Shown here piece after piece: positions 40,701 through 55,700 of a DNA stretch of 64,000 bases. Under the pieces are notes generated by a model. It saw only the letters and a list, made by a program, of their open reading frames with translations, did not search any database and had not been told where the DNA came from. Source of the stretch: Antedon mediterranea (lineage: Eukaryota > Animalia > Echinodermata); assembly GCF_964355755.1 (NCBI RefSeq), contig NC_092672.1:16753237-16817236 (forward strand). The letters are read 5' to 3'. Position numbers and translations under genes: made by a program. The stretch's first letter is position 1, and each line of letters starts with the position of its first letter.

Positions 40701-43700
40701 GTTTTTCGAAAAAACTTGTTAACATAAAAACACCAAAGTGCTAAGAATAGCTTCAAATCGCATTTGGAGACATTTTAGACCATTTTGTGATTTTCGAAAA
40801 AACTTATTAAGATAAAAACATCAAAGTGTACACAATAGCTTCAAATCGCATTTGGAGACGTTTTAGACCATTTTGTGATTTTCGAAAAAACTTGTTAACA
40901 TAAAAATTCCAAAGTGCTAAGAATAGCTTCAAATCGCATTTGGAGACATTTTAGACCATTTTGTGATTTTCGAAAAAACTTGTTAATATAAAAACATCAA
41001 AGTGTACAGAATAGCTTCAAATCGCATTTGGAGACGTTTTAGACCCTTTTGTGATTTTCGAAAAAACTTGTTAACATAAAAACATCAAAGTGCTTAGAAT
41101 AGCTTCAAATCGCATCTTGAGACGTTTTAGACCATTCTGTGATTTTCGAAAAAACTTGTTAACATAAAAACATCAAAGTGCTTAAAATCACATTAGAAAC
41201 CGTTTTAGACCATTTTGAGCATTTCGATAAAACTTTTCACACAAAAACATTAAAGAGCACAAAATAGCTTAATATCGTATTTAAAAACGTTTTTGACCAT
41301 TTTGAGCATTTCGACAAAAATTGTTCACACAAAACAGCAAAGTGTACAGAATAGCTTCAAATCGTATTTGACCTTTTTGTGATTTTCGAAAAAACTTGTT
41401 AACATAAAAACACCAAAGTGCTTAGAATAGCTTCAAATCGCATTTTGAGACGTTTTAGACCCTTTTGTGATTTTCGAAAAAACTTGTTAACATAAAAACA
41501 CCAAAGTGCTAAGAATAGTTTCAAATCGCATTTGGAGACATTTTAGACCATTTTGTGATTTTCGAAAAAACTTGTTAAGATAAAAACATCAAAGTGTACA
41601 CAATAGCTTCAAATCGCATTTGGAGACGTTTTAGACCATTTTGTGATTTTCGAAAAAACTTGTTAACATAAAAACACCAAAGTGCTTAGAATAGCTTCAA
41701 ATCGCATTTTGAGACATTTTAGACCCTTTTGTGATTTTCGAAAAAACTTGGTTACACAAAAACACCAAAGTGCTTAAAATAGCTTCAAATCGCATTTGGA
41801 GAAGTTTTAAACCATTTTGTGATTTTCGAAAAAACTTGTTAACATAAAAACATCAAAGTGTACAGAATAACTTCAAATCGCATTTGGAGACGTTTTAGAC
41901 CATTTTGTGATTTTTGAAAAAACTTGTTAACATAAAAACACCAAAGTGCTTAGAATAGCTTCAAATCGCATTTTTAGACATTTTACACCCTTTTGTGATT
42001 TTCGAAAAAACTTGTTAAAATAAAAACATCAAAGTGTACAGAATAGCTTCAAATCGCATTTGGAGACGTTTTAGACCATTTTGTGATTTTGAAAAAAACT
42101 TAACATAAAAACACCAAAGAGCTTAGAATAGCTTCAAATCGCATTTTGAGACATTTTAGACCATTTTGTGATTTTCGAAAAAACTTGTTAAAATAAAAAC
42201 ATCAAAATGTACAGAATAGCTTCAAATCACATTTGGAGACGTTTTAGACCATTTTGTGATTTTGAAAAAAACTTGTTAACATAAAAACACCAAAGAGCTT
42301 AGAATAGCTTCAAATCGCATTTTGAGACATTTTAGACCCTTTTGTGATTTTCGAAAAAACTTGTTAACATAAAAACACCAAAGTGCTTAGAATGGCTTCA
42401 AATCGCATTTGGAGACATTTTAGACTATTTTGTGATTTTCGAAAAAACCTAAGATAAAAATATCAAAGTGCTTCAAATCACATTAGAAACCGTTTTAGAC
42501 CATTTTGAGCATTTCGACAAAAATTTTTCACACAAAACAGCAAAGTGTACAGAATAGCTTCAAATCGTATTTGGAGACGTTTTAGACCTTTTTGTGATTT
42601 TCGAAAAAACTTGTTAACATAAAAACACCAAAGTGCTTAGAATAGCTTCAAATCGCATTTTGAGACGTTTTAGACCCTTTTGTGATTTTCGAAAAAACTT
42701 GGTTACACAAAAACACCAAAGTGCTTAAAATAGCTTCAAATCGCATTTGGAGACATTTTAGACTATTTTGTGATTTTCGAAAAAACTTGTTAACATAAAA
42801 ACATCAAAGTGCTTCAAATCACATTAGAAACCGTTTTAGACCATTTTGAGCATTTCGACAAAAATTTTTCACACAAAACAGCAAAGTGTACAGAATAGCT
42901 TCAAATCGTATTTGGAGACGTTTTAGACCATTTTTTGATTTTCGAAAAAACTTGTTAACATAAAAACACCAAAGTGCTTAGAATAGCTTCAAATCGCATT
43001 TTGAGACGTTTTAGACAATTCTGTGATTTTCGAAAAAACTTGTTAACATAAAAACATCAAAGTGCTTAAAATCACATTAGAATCCGTTTTAGACCATTTT
43101 GAGCATTTCGATAAAACTTTTCAAACAAAAACATCAAAGAGCACAAAATAGCTTAATATCGTATTTAAAAACGTTTTTGACCATTTTGAGCATTTCGACA
43201 AAAAATTTTCACACAAAACAGCAAAGTGCACAGAATAACTTCAAATCGCATTTGGAGACATTTTAGACAATTTTGTGATTTTCGAAAAAACTTGTTAACA
43301 TAAAAACACCAAAGTGCTAAGAATAGCTTCAAATCGCATTTGGAGACATTTTTGACCATTTTGTGATTTTCGAAAAAACTTGTTAAGATAAAAACATCAA
43401 AATGTACACAATAGCTTCAAATCGCATTTGGAGACGTTTTAGACCATTTTGTGATTTTCGAAAAAACTTGTTAACATAAAAACACCAAAGTGCTTAGAAT
43501 AGCTTCAAATCGCATTTTGAGACATTTTAGACCCTTTTGTGATTTTCGAAAAAACTTGGTTACACAAAAACACCAAAGTGCTTAAAATAGCTTCAAATCG
43601 CATTTGGAGAAGTTTTAAACCATTTTGTGATTTTCGAAAAAACTTGTTAACATAAAAACATCAAAGTGTACAGAATAACTTCAAATCGCATTTGGAGACG

Positions 43701-46700
43701 TTTTAGACCATTTTGTGATTTTGAAAAAAACTTAACATAAAAACACCAAAGAGCTTAGAATAGCTTCAAATCGCATTTTGAGACATTTTAGACCATTTTG
43801 TGATTTTCGAAAAAACTTGTTAAAATAAAAACATCAAAATGTACAGAATAGCTTCAAATCGCATTTGGAGACGTTTTAGACCATTTTGTGATTTTGAAAA
43901 AAACTTGTTAACATAAAAACATCAAAGTGTACAGAATAGCTTCAAATCGCATTTGGAGACGTTTTAGACCATTTTGTGATTTTCGAAAAAACTTGTTAAC
44001 ATAAAAACATCAAAGTGCTTAGAATAGCTTCAAATCGCATTTGGAGACGTTTTAGACCATTTTGTTATTTTCGAAAAAACTTGTTAACATAAAAACACCA
44101 AAGTGCTTAGAATAGCTTCATATCGCATTTGGAGACGTTTTAGACCATTTTGTGATTTTCGAAAAAACTTGTTAACATAAAAACACCAAAGTGCTTAGAA
44201 TAGCTTCAAATCGCATTTTGAGACATTTTAGACCCTTTTGTGATTTTTGAAAAAACTTGTTAACATAAAAACATCAAAGTGCTTCAAATCACATTAGAAA
44301 CCATTTTAGACCATTTTGAGAATTTCGATAAAACTTTTCACACAAAAACATCAAAGAGCACAAAATAGCTTAATATCGTATTTAAAAACGTTTTTGACCA
44401 TTTTGAGCATTTAGACAAAAAATTTTCAAACAAAACAGCAAAGTGCACAGAATAACTTCAAATCGCATTTGGAGACGTTTTAGACCATTCTGTGATTTTC
44501 GAAAAAACTTGTTAACATAAAAACACCAAAGTGCTTAGAATAGCTTCAAATCGCATTTTGAGACGTTTTAGACCATTCTGTGATTTTCGAAAAAACTTGT
44601 TAAGATAAAAACATCAAAGTGCTTAAAATCACATTAGAAACCGTTTTAGACCATTTTGAGCTTTTCGATAAAACTTTTCACACAAAAACATCAAAGAGCA
44701 CAAAATAGCTTAATATCGTATTTAAAAACGTTTTTGACCATTTTGAGCATTTCGACAAAAAATTTTCAAACAAAACAGCAAAGTGCACAGAATAACTTCA
44801 AATCGCATTTGGAGACGTTTTAGACCATTTTGTGATTTTCGAAAAAACTTGTTAACATAAAAACACCAAAGTGCTTAGAATAGCTTCAAATCGCATTTGG
44901 AGACGTTTTAGACCATGTTGTGATTTTCGAAAAAACTTTTTAACATAAAAACACCAAAGTGCTTAGAATGGCTTCAAATCGCATTTGGAGACATTTTAGA
45001 CTGTTTTGTGATTTTCGAAAAAACTTAAGATAAAAATATCAAAGTGCTTCAAATCACATTAGAAACCGTTTTAGACCATTTTGAGCATTTCGACAAAAAT
45101 TTTTCACACAAAACAGCAAAGTGTACAGAATAGCTTCAAATCGTATTTGGAGACGTTTTAGACCTTTTTGTGATTTTCGAAAAAACTTGTTAACATAAAA
45201 ACACCAAAGTGCTTAGAATAGCTTCAAATCGCATTTTGAGACGTTTTAGACCATTCTGTGATTTTCGAAAAAACTTGTTAACATAAAAACATCAAAGTGC
45301 TTCAAATCACATTAGAAACCGTTTTAGACCATTTTGAGCATTTCGACAAAAAATTTTCACACAAAACAGCAAAGTGTACAGAATAGCTTCAAATCGTATT
45401 TGCAGACGTTTTAGACCTTTTTGAGATTTTCGAAAAAACTTGTTAACATAAAAACATCAAAGTGCTTCAAATCACATTAGAAACCGTTTTAGACCATTTT
45501 GAGAATTTCGACAAAAATTTTTCACACAAAACAGCAAAGTGTACAGAATAGCTTCAAATCGTATTTGGAGACGTTTTAGACCTTTTTGTGATTTTCGAAA
45601 AAATTTGTTAACATAAAAACACCAAAGTGCTTAGAATAGCTTCAAATCGCATTTGGAGACGTTTTAGACCATTTTTTGATTTTCGAAAAAACTTGTTAAC
45701 ATAAAAACACCAAAGTGCTTAGAATAGCTTCAAATCGCATTTTGAGACGTTTTAGACCATTCTGTGATTTTCGAAAAAACTTGTTAACATAAAAACATCA
45801 AAGTGCTTAAAATCACATTAGAATCCGTTTTAGACCATTCTGAGCATTTCGATAAAACTTTTCAAACAAAAACATCAAAGAGCACAAAATAGCTTAATAT
45901 CGTATTTAAAAACGTTTTTGACCATTTTGAGCATTTCGACAAAAAATTTTCACACAAAACAGCAAAGTGCACAGAATAGCTTCAAATCGCATTTGGAGAC
46001 ATTTTAGACCATTTTGTGATTTTCGAAAAAACTTGTTAAGATAAAAACATCAAAGTGTACACAATAGCTTCAAATCGCATTTGGAGACGTTTTAGACCAT
46101 TTTGTGATTTTCGAAAAAACTTGTTAACATAAAAACACCAAAGTGCTTAGAATAGCTTCAAATCGCATTTTGAGACATTTTAGACCCTTTTGTGATTTTC
46201 GAAAAAACTTGTTAACATAAAAACACCAAAGTGCTTAGAATGGCTTCAAATCGCATTTGGAGACATTTTAGACTATTTTGTGATTTTCGAAAAAACTTAA
46301 GATAAAAATATCAAAGTGCTTCAAATCACATTAGAAACCGTTTTAGACCATTTTGAGCATTTCGACAAAAATTTTTCACACAAAACAGCAAAGTGTACAG
46401 AATAGCTTCAAATCGTATTTGGAGACGTTTTAGACCTTTTTGTGATTTTCGAAAAAACTTGTTAACATAAAAACACCAAAGTGCTTAGAATAGCTTCAAA
46501 TCGCATTTTGAGACGTTTTAGACCCTTTTGTGATTTTCGAAAAAACTTGGTTACACAAAAACACCAAAGTGCTTAAAATAGCTTCAAATCGCATTTGGAG
46601 ACATTTTAGACTATTTTGTGATTTTCGAAAAAACTTGTTAACATAAAAACATCAAAGTGCTTCAAATCACATTAGAAACCGTTTTAGACCATTTTGAGGA

Positions 46701-49700
46701 TTTCGACAAAAATTTTTCACACAAAACAGGAAAGTGTACAGAATAGCTTCAAATCGTATTTGGAGACGTTTTAGACCATTTTTTGATTTTCGAAAAAACT
46801 TGTTAACATAAAAACACCAAAGTGCTTAGAATAGCTTCAAATCGCATTTTGAGACGTTTTAGACAATTCTGTGATTTTCGAAAAAACTTGTTAACATAAA
46901 AACATCAAAGTGCTTAAAATCACATTAGAATCCGTTTTAGACCATTTTGAGCATTTCGATAAAACTTTTCAAACAAAAACATTAAAGAGCACAAAATAGC
47001 TTAATATCGTATTTAAAAACGTTTTTGACCATTTTGAGTATTTCGACAAAAAATTTTCACACAAAACAGCAAAGTGCACAGAATAACTTCAAATCGCATT
47101 TGGAGACGTTTTAGACAATTTTGTGATTTTCGAAAAAACTTGTTAACATAAAAACACCAAAGTGCTAAGAATAGCTTCAAATCGCATTTGGAGACCTTTT
47201 AGTCCATTTTGTGATTTTCGAAAAAACTTGTTAAGATAAAAACATCAAAGTGTACACAATAGCTTCAAATCGCATTTGGAGACGTTTTAGACCATTTTGT
47301 GATTTTCGAAAAAACTTGTTAACATAAAAACACCAAAGTGCTTAGAATAGCTTCAAATCGCATTTTGAGACATTTTAGACCCTTTTGTGATTTTCGAAAA
47401 AACTTGGTTACACAAAAACACCAAAGTGCTTAAAATAGCTTCAAATCGCATTTGGAGAAGTTTTAAACCATTTTGTGATTTTCGAAAAAACTTGTTAACA
47501 TAAAAACATCAAAGTGTACAGAATAACTTCAAATCGCATTTGGAGACGTTTTAGACCATTTTGTGATTTTTGAAAAAACTTGTTAACATAAAAACACCAA
47601 AGTGCTTAGAATAGCTTCAAATCGCATTTTTAGACATTTTACACCCTTTTGTGATTTTCGAAAAAACTTGTTAAAATAAAAACATCAAAGTGTACAGAAT
47701 AGCTTCAAATCGCATTTGGAGACGTTTTAGACCATTTTGTGATTTTGAAAAAAACTTAACATAAAAACACCAAAGAGCTTAGAATAGCTTCAAATCGCAT
47801 TTTGAGACATTTTAGACCATTTTGTGATTTTCGAAAAAACTTGTTAAAATAAAAACATCAAAATGTACAGAATAGCTTCAAATCGCATTTGGAGACGTTT
47901 TAGACCATTTTGTGATTTTGAAAAAAACTTGTTAACATAAAAACACCAAGGAGCTTAGAATAGCTTCAAATCGCATTTTGAGACATTTTAGACCATTTTG
48001 TGTTTTTCGAAAAAACTTGTTAACATAAAAACATCAAAGTGTACAGAATAGCTTCAAATCGCATTTGGAGACGTTTTAGACCATTTTGTGATTTTCGAAA
48101 AAACTTGTTAACATAAAAACATCAAAGTGCTTAGAATAGCTTCAAATCGCATTTGGAGACGTTTTAGACCATTTTGTGATTTTCGAAAAAACTTGTTAAC
48201 ATAAAAACACCAAAGTGCTTAGAATAGCTTCAAATCGCATTTTGAGACATTTTAGACCCTTTTGTGATTTTCGAAAAAACTTGGTTACACAAAAACACCA
48301 AAGTGCTTAAAATAGCTTCAAATCGCATTTAGAGACATTTTAGAATATTTTGTGATTTTCGAAAAAACTTGGTTACACAAAAACACCAAAGTGCTTAAAA
48401 TCACATTAGAAACCGTTTTAGACCATTTTGAGCATTTCGATAAAACTTTTCACACAAAAACATCAAAGAGCACAAAATAGCTTAATATCGTATTTAAAAA
48501 CGTTTTTGACCATTTTGAGCATTTCGACAAAAAAATTTCACACAAAACAGCAAAGTGCACAGAATAACTTCAAATCGCATTTGGAGACGTTTTAGACCAT
48601 TTTGTGATTTTCGAAAAAACTTGTTAACATAAAAACACCAAAGTGCTTAGAATAGCTTAAAATCGCATTTTGAGACATTTTAGACCCTTTTGTGATTTTT
48701 GAAAAAACTTGTTAACATAAAAACATCAAAGTGCTTCAAATCACATTAGAAACCGTTTTAGACCATTTTGAGAATTTCGATAAAACTTTTCACACAAAAA
48801 CATCAAAGAGCACAAAATAGCTTAATATCGTATTTAAAAACGTTTTTGACCATTTTGAGCATTTAGACAAAAAAATTTCAAACAAAACAGCAAAGTGCAC
48901 AGAATAACTTCAAATCGCATTTGGAGACGTTTTAGACCATTCTGTGATTTTCGAAAAAACTTGTTAACATAAAAACATCAAAGTGCTTAAAATCACATTA
49001 GAAACCGTTTTAGACCATTTTGAGCATTTCGATAAAACTTTTCACACAAAAACATTAAAGAGCACAAAATAGCTTAATATCGTATTTAAAAACGTTTTTG
49101 ACCATTTTGAGCATTTCGACAAAAATTTTTCACACAAAACAGCAAAGTGTACAGAATAGCTTCAAATCCTATTTGGAGACGTTTTAGACCTTTTTGTGAT
49201 TTCCGAAAAAACTTGTTAACATAAAAACACCAAAGTGCTTAGAATAGCTTCAAATCGCATTTGGAGACGTTTTAGACCATTTTGTGATTTTCGAAAAAAC
49301 TTGTTAACATAAAAACACCAAAGTGCTTAGAATAGCTTCAAATCGCATTTTGAGACATTTTAGACCCTTTTGTGATTTTCGAAAAAACTTGGTTACACAA
49401 AAACACCAAAGTGCTTAAAATAGCTTCAAATTGCATTTGGAGACGTTTTAGACCATTTTGTGATTTTCGAAAAAACTTGTTACCATAAAAACACCAAAGT
49501 GCTTAGATTAGCTTCAAATCGCATTTTGAGACATTTTAGACCCTTTTGTGATTTTTGAAAAAACTTGTTAACATAAAAACACCAAAGAGCTTAGAATAGC
49601 TTCAAATCGCATTTTGAGACATTTTAGACCATTTTGTGATTTTCGAAAAAAAACTTGTTAACATAAAAACACCAAAGTGCTTAGAATAGCTTCAAATCGC

Positions 49701-52700
49701 ATTTTGAGACATTTTAGACCCTTTTGTGATTTTCGAAAAAACTTGTTAACATAAAAACACCAAAGTGCTTAGAATGGCTTCAAATCGCATTTGGAGACAT
49801 TTTAGACTATTTTGTGATTTTCGAAAAAACTTAAGATAAAAATATCAAAGTGCTTCAAATCACATTAGAAACCGTTTTAGACCATTTTGAGCATTTCGAC
49901 AAAAATTTTTCACACAAAACAGCAAAGTGTACAGAATAGCTTCAAATCGTATTTGGAGACGTTTTAGACCTTTTTGTGATTTTCGAAAAAACTTGTTAAC
50001 ATAAAAACACCAAAGTGCTTAGAATAGCTTCAAATCGCATTTTGAGACGTTTTAGACCCTTTTGTGATTTTCGAAAAAACTTGGTTACACAAAAACACCA
50101 AAGTGCTTAAAATAGCTTCAAATCGCATTTGGAGACATTTTAGACTATTTTGTGATTTTCGAAAAAACTTGTTAACATAAAAACATCAAAGTGCTTCAAA
50201 TCACATTAGAAACCGTTTTAGACCATTTTGAGGATTTCGACAAAAATTTTTCACACAAAACAGGAAAGTGTACAGAATAGCTTCAAATCGTATTTGGAGA
50301 CGTTTTAGACCATTTTGTGATTTTCGAAAAAACTTGTTAACATAAAAACATCAAAGTGCTTAAAATCACATTAGAAACCGTTTTAGACCATTTTGAGCAT
50401 TTCGATAAAACTTTTCACACAAAAACATCAAAGAGCACAAAATAGCTTAATATCGTATTTAAAAACGTTTTTGACCATTTTGAGCATTTCGACAAAAAAA
50501 TTTCACACAAAACAGAAAAGTGTACAGACTAGCTTCAAATCGTATTTGGAGACGTTTTAGACCTTTTTGTGATTTTCGAAAAAACTTGTTAACATAAAAA
50601 CACCAAAGTGCTAAGAATAGCTTCAAATCGCATTTTAGACCATTTTGTGTTTTTCGAAAAAACTTGTTAAGATAAAAACATCAAAGTGTACACAATAGCT
50701 TCAAATCGCATTTGGAGACGTTTTAGACCATTTTGTGATTTTCGAAAAAACTTGTTAACATAAAAATTCCAAAGTGCTAAGAATAGCTTCAAATCGCATT
50801 TGGAGACATTTTAGACCATTTTGTGATTTCCGAAAAAACTTGTTAACATAAAAACATCAAAGTGTACAGAATAGCTTCAAATCGCATTTGGAGACGTTTT
50901 AGACCCTTTTGTAATTTTAGAAAAAACTTGTTAACATAAAAACATCAAAGTGCTTAGAATAGCTTCAAATCGCATCTTGAGACGTTTTAGACCATTCTGT
51001 GATTTTCGAAAAAACTTGTTAACATAAAAACATCAAAGTGCTTAAAATCACATTAGAAACCGTTTTAGACCATTTTGAGCATTTCGATAAAACTTTTCAC
51101 ACAAAAACATTAAAGAGCACAAAATAGCTTAATATCGTATTTAAAAACGTTTTTGACCATTTTGAGCATTTCGACAAAAATTTTTCACACAAAACAGCAA
51201 AGTGTACAGAATAGCTTCAAATCGTATTTGGAGACGTTTTAGACCTTTTTGTGATTTTCGAAAAAACTTGTTAACATAAAAACACCAAAGTGCTTAGAAT
51301 AGCTTCAAATCGCATTTTGAGACGTTTTAGACAATTCTGTGATTTTCGAAAAAACTTGTTAACATAAAAACATCAAAGTGCTTAAAATCACATTAGAATC
51401 CGTTTTAGACCATTTTGAGCATTTCGATAAAACTTTTCACACAAAAACATCAAAGAGCACAAAATAGCTTAATATCGTATTTAAAAACGTTTTTGACCAT
51501 TTTGAGCATTTCGACAAAAAATTTTCACACAAAACAGCAAAGTGCACAGAATAACTTCAAATCGCATTTGGAGACGTTTTAGACAATTTTGTGATTTTCG
51601 AAAAAACTTGTTAACATAAAAACACCAAAGTGCTAAGAATAGCTTCAAATCGCATTTGGAGACCTTTTAGTCCATTTTGTGATTTTCGAAAAAACTTGTT
51701 AAGATAAAAACATCAAAGTGTACACAATAGCTTCAAATCGCATTTGGAGACGTTTTAGACCATTTTGTGATTTTCGAAAAAACTTGTTAACATAAAAACA
51801 CCAAAGTGCTTAGAATAGCTTCAAATCGCATTTTGAGACATTTTAGACCCTTTTGTGATTTTCGAAAAAACTTGGTTACACAAAAACACCAAAGTGCTTA
51901 AAATAGCTTCAAATCGCATTTGGAGAAGTTTTAAACCATTTTGTGATTTTCGAAAAAACTTGTTAACATAAAAACATCAAAGTGTACAGAATAACTTCAA
52001 ATCGCATTTGGAGACGTTTTAGACCATTTTGTGATTTTTGAAAAAACTTGTTAACATAAAAACACCAAAGTGCTTAGAATAGCTTCAAATCGCATTTTTA
52101 GACATTTTACACCCTTTTGTGATTTTCGAAAAAACTTGTTAAAATAAAAACATCAAAGTGTACAGAATAGCTTCAAATCGCATTTGGAGACGTTTTAGAC
52201 CATTTTGTGATTTTGAAAAAAACTTAACATAAAAACACCAAAGAGCTTAGAATAGCTTCAAATCGCATTTTGAGACATTTTAGACCATTTTGTGATTTTC
52301 GAAAAAACTTGTTAAAATAAAAACATCAAAATGTACAGAATAGCTTCAAATTGCATTTGGAGACGTTTTAGACCATTTTGTGATTTTGAAAAAAACTTGT
52401 TAACATAAAAACACCAAAGAGCTTAGAATAGCTTCAAATCGCATTTTGAGACATTTTAGACCATTTTGTGTTTTTCGAAAAAACTTGTTAACATAAAAAC
52501 ATCAAAGTGTACAGAATAGCTTCAAATCGCATTTGGAGACGTTTTAGACCATTTTGTGATTTTCGAAAAAACTTGTTAACATAAAAAAATCAAAGTGCTT
52601 AGAATAGCTTCAAATCGCATTTGGAGACGTTTTAGACCATTTTGTGATTTTCGAAAAAACTTGTTAACATAAAAACACCAAAGTGCTTAGAATAGCTTCA

Positions 52701-55700
52701 AATCGCATTTGGAGACGTTTTAGACCATGTTGAGCATTTCGACAAAAAATTTTCACACAAAACAGCAAAGTGCACAGAATAACTTCAAATCGCATTTGGA
52801 GACGTTTTAGACCATTTTGTGATTTTCGAAAAAACTTGTTAACATAAAAACACCAAAGTGCTAAGAATAGCTTCAAATCGCATTTGGAGACATTTTAGAC
52901 CATTTTGTGATTTTCGAAAAAACTTGTTAAGATAAAAACATCAAAGTGTACACAATAGCTTCAAATCGCATTTGGAGACGTTTTAGACCATTTTGTGATT
53001 TTCGAAAAAACTTGTTAACATAAAAACACCAAAGTGCTTAGAATAGCTTCAAATCGCATTTGGAGACGTTTTAGACCATGTTGTGATTTTCGAAAAAACT
53101 TTTTAACATAAAAACACCAAAGTGCTTAGAATGGCTTCAAATCGCATTTGGAGACATTTTAGACTGTTTTGTGATTTTCGAAAAAACTTAAGATAAAAAT
53201 ATCAAAGTGCTTCAAATCACATTAGAAACCGTTTTAGACCATTTTGAGCATTTCGACAAAAATTTTTCACACAAAACAGCAAAGTGTACAGAATAGCTTC
53301 AAATCGTATTTGGAGACGTTTTAGACCTTTTTGTGATTTTCGAAAAAACTTGTTAACATAAAAACACCAAAGTGCTTAGAATAGCTTCAAATCGCATTTT
53401 GAGACGTTTTAGACCCTTTTGTGATTTTCGAAAAAACTTGGTTACACAAAAACACCAAAGTGCTTAAAATAGCTTCAAATCGCATTTGGAGACATTTTAG
53501 ACTATTTTGTGATTTTCGAAAAAACTTGTTAACATAAAAACATCAAAGTGCTTCAAATCACATTAGAAACCGTTTTAGAACATTTTGAGCATTTCGACAA
53601 AAATTTTTCACACAAAACAGCAAAGTGTACAGAATAGCTTCAAATCGTATTTGGAGACGTTTTAGACCTTTTTGTGATTTTCGAAAAAACTTGTTAACAT
53701 AAAAACACCAAAGTGCTTAGAATAGCTTCAAATCGCATTTTGAGACGTTTTAGACCATTCTGTGATTTTCGAAAAAACTTGTTAAGATAAAAACATCAAA
53801 GTGCTAAAAATCACATTAGAAACCGTTTTAGACCATTTTGAGCATTTCGATAAAACTTTTCAAACAAAAACATCAAAGAGCACAAAATAGCTTAATATCG
53901 TATTTAAAAACGTTTTTGACCATTTTGAGCATTTCGACAAAAAATTTTCAAACAAAACAGCAAAGTGCACAGAATAACTTCAAATCGCATTTGGAGAAGT
54001 TTTAAACCATTTTGTGATTTTCGAAAAAACTTGTTAACATAAAAACATCAAAGTATACAGAATAACTTCAAATCGCATTTGGAGACGTTTTAGACCATTT
54101 TGTGATTTTTGAAAAAACTTGTTAACATAAAAACACCAAAGTGCTTAGAATAGCTTCAAATCGCATTTTTAGACATTTTACACCCTTTTGTGATTTTCGA
54201 AAAAACTTGTTAAAATAAAAACATCAAAGTGTACAGAATAGCTTCAAATCGCATTTGGAGACGTTTTAGACCATTTTGTGATTTTGAAAAAAACTTGTTA
54301 ACATAAAAACACAAAAGTGCTTAGAATAGCTTCAAATCGCATTTTGAGACATTTTAGACCATTTTGTGATTTTCGAAAAAACTTGTTAACATAAAAACAC
54401 CAAAGTGCTAAGAATAGCTTCAAATCGCATTTGGAGACATTTTAGACCATTTTGTGTTTTTCGAAAAAACTTGTTAACATAAAAACACCAAAGAGCTTAG
54501 AATAGCTTCAAATCGCATTTTGAGACATTTTAGACCATTTTGTGATTTTCGAAAAAACTTGTTAAAATAAAAACATCAAAATGTACAGAATAGCTTCAAA
54601 TCGCATTTGGAGACGTTTTAGACCATTTTGTGATTTTGAAAAAAACTTGTTAACATAAAAACACCAAAGAGCTTAGAATAGCTTCAAATCGCATTTTGAG
54701 ACATTTTAGACCATGTTGTGTTTTTCGAAAAAACTTGTTAACATAAAAACATCAAAGTGTACAGAATAGCTTCAAATCGCATTTGGAGACGTTTTAGACC
54801 ATTTTGTGATTTTCGAAAAAACTTGTTAACATAAAAACATCAAAGTGCTTAGAATAGCTTCAAATCGCATTTGGAGACGTTTTAGACCATTTTGTGATTT
54901 TCGAAAAAACTTGTTAACATAAAAACACCAAAGTGCTTAGAATAGCTTCAAATCGCATTTTGAGACATTTTAGACCCTTTTGTGATTTTCGAAAAAACTT
55001 GGTTACACAAAAACACCAAAGTGCTTAAAATAGCTTCAAATCGCATTTGGAGACATTTTAGAATATTTTGTGATTTTCGAAAAAACTTGGTTACACAAAA
55101 ACACCAAAGTGCTTAAAATCACATTAGAAACCGTTTTAGACCATTTTGAGCATTTCGATAAAACTTTTCACACAAAAACATCAAAAAGCACAAAATAGCT
55201 TAATATCGTATTTAAAAACGTTTTTGACCATTTTGAAAATTTCGACAAAAAAATTTCACACAAGACAGCAAAGTGCACAGAATAACTTCAAATCGCATTT
55301 GGAGACGTTTTAGACCATTTTGTGATTTTCGAAAAAACTTGTTAACATAAAAACACCAAAGTGCTTAGAATAGCTTCAAATCACATTTTGAGACATTTTA
55401 GACCCTTTTGTGATTTTTGAAAAAACTTGTTAACATAAAAACATCAAAGTGCTTCAAATCACATTAGAAACCGTTTTAGACCATTTTGAGAATTTCGATA
55501 AAACTTTTCACACAAAAACATCAAAGAGCACAAAGTAGCTTAATATCGTATTTAAAAACGTTTTTGACCATTTTGAGCATTAAAACAAAAAATTTTCAAA
55601 CAAAACAGCAAAGTGCACAGAATAACTTCAAATCGCATTTGGAGACGTTTTAGACCATTCTGTGATTTTCGAAAAAACTTGTTAACATAAAAACATCAAA

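Noticed and set aside
9776-52876. Seven near-identical minus-strand 64-70 aa ORFs (MKLFLALWCF..., MVKNVSK...)
   Set aside because: They lie wholly within satellite monomers, mostly use TTG starts, and appear where chance variants or frameshifts avoid stop codons. The F/L/K/C-rich composition reflects A/T tracts, and I recognise no domain.
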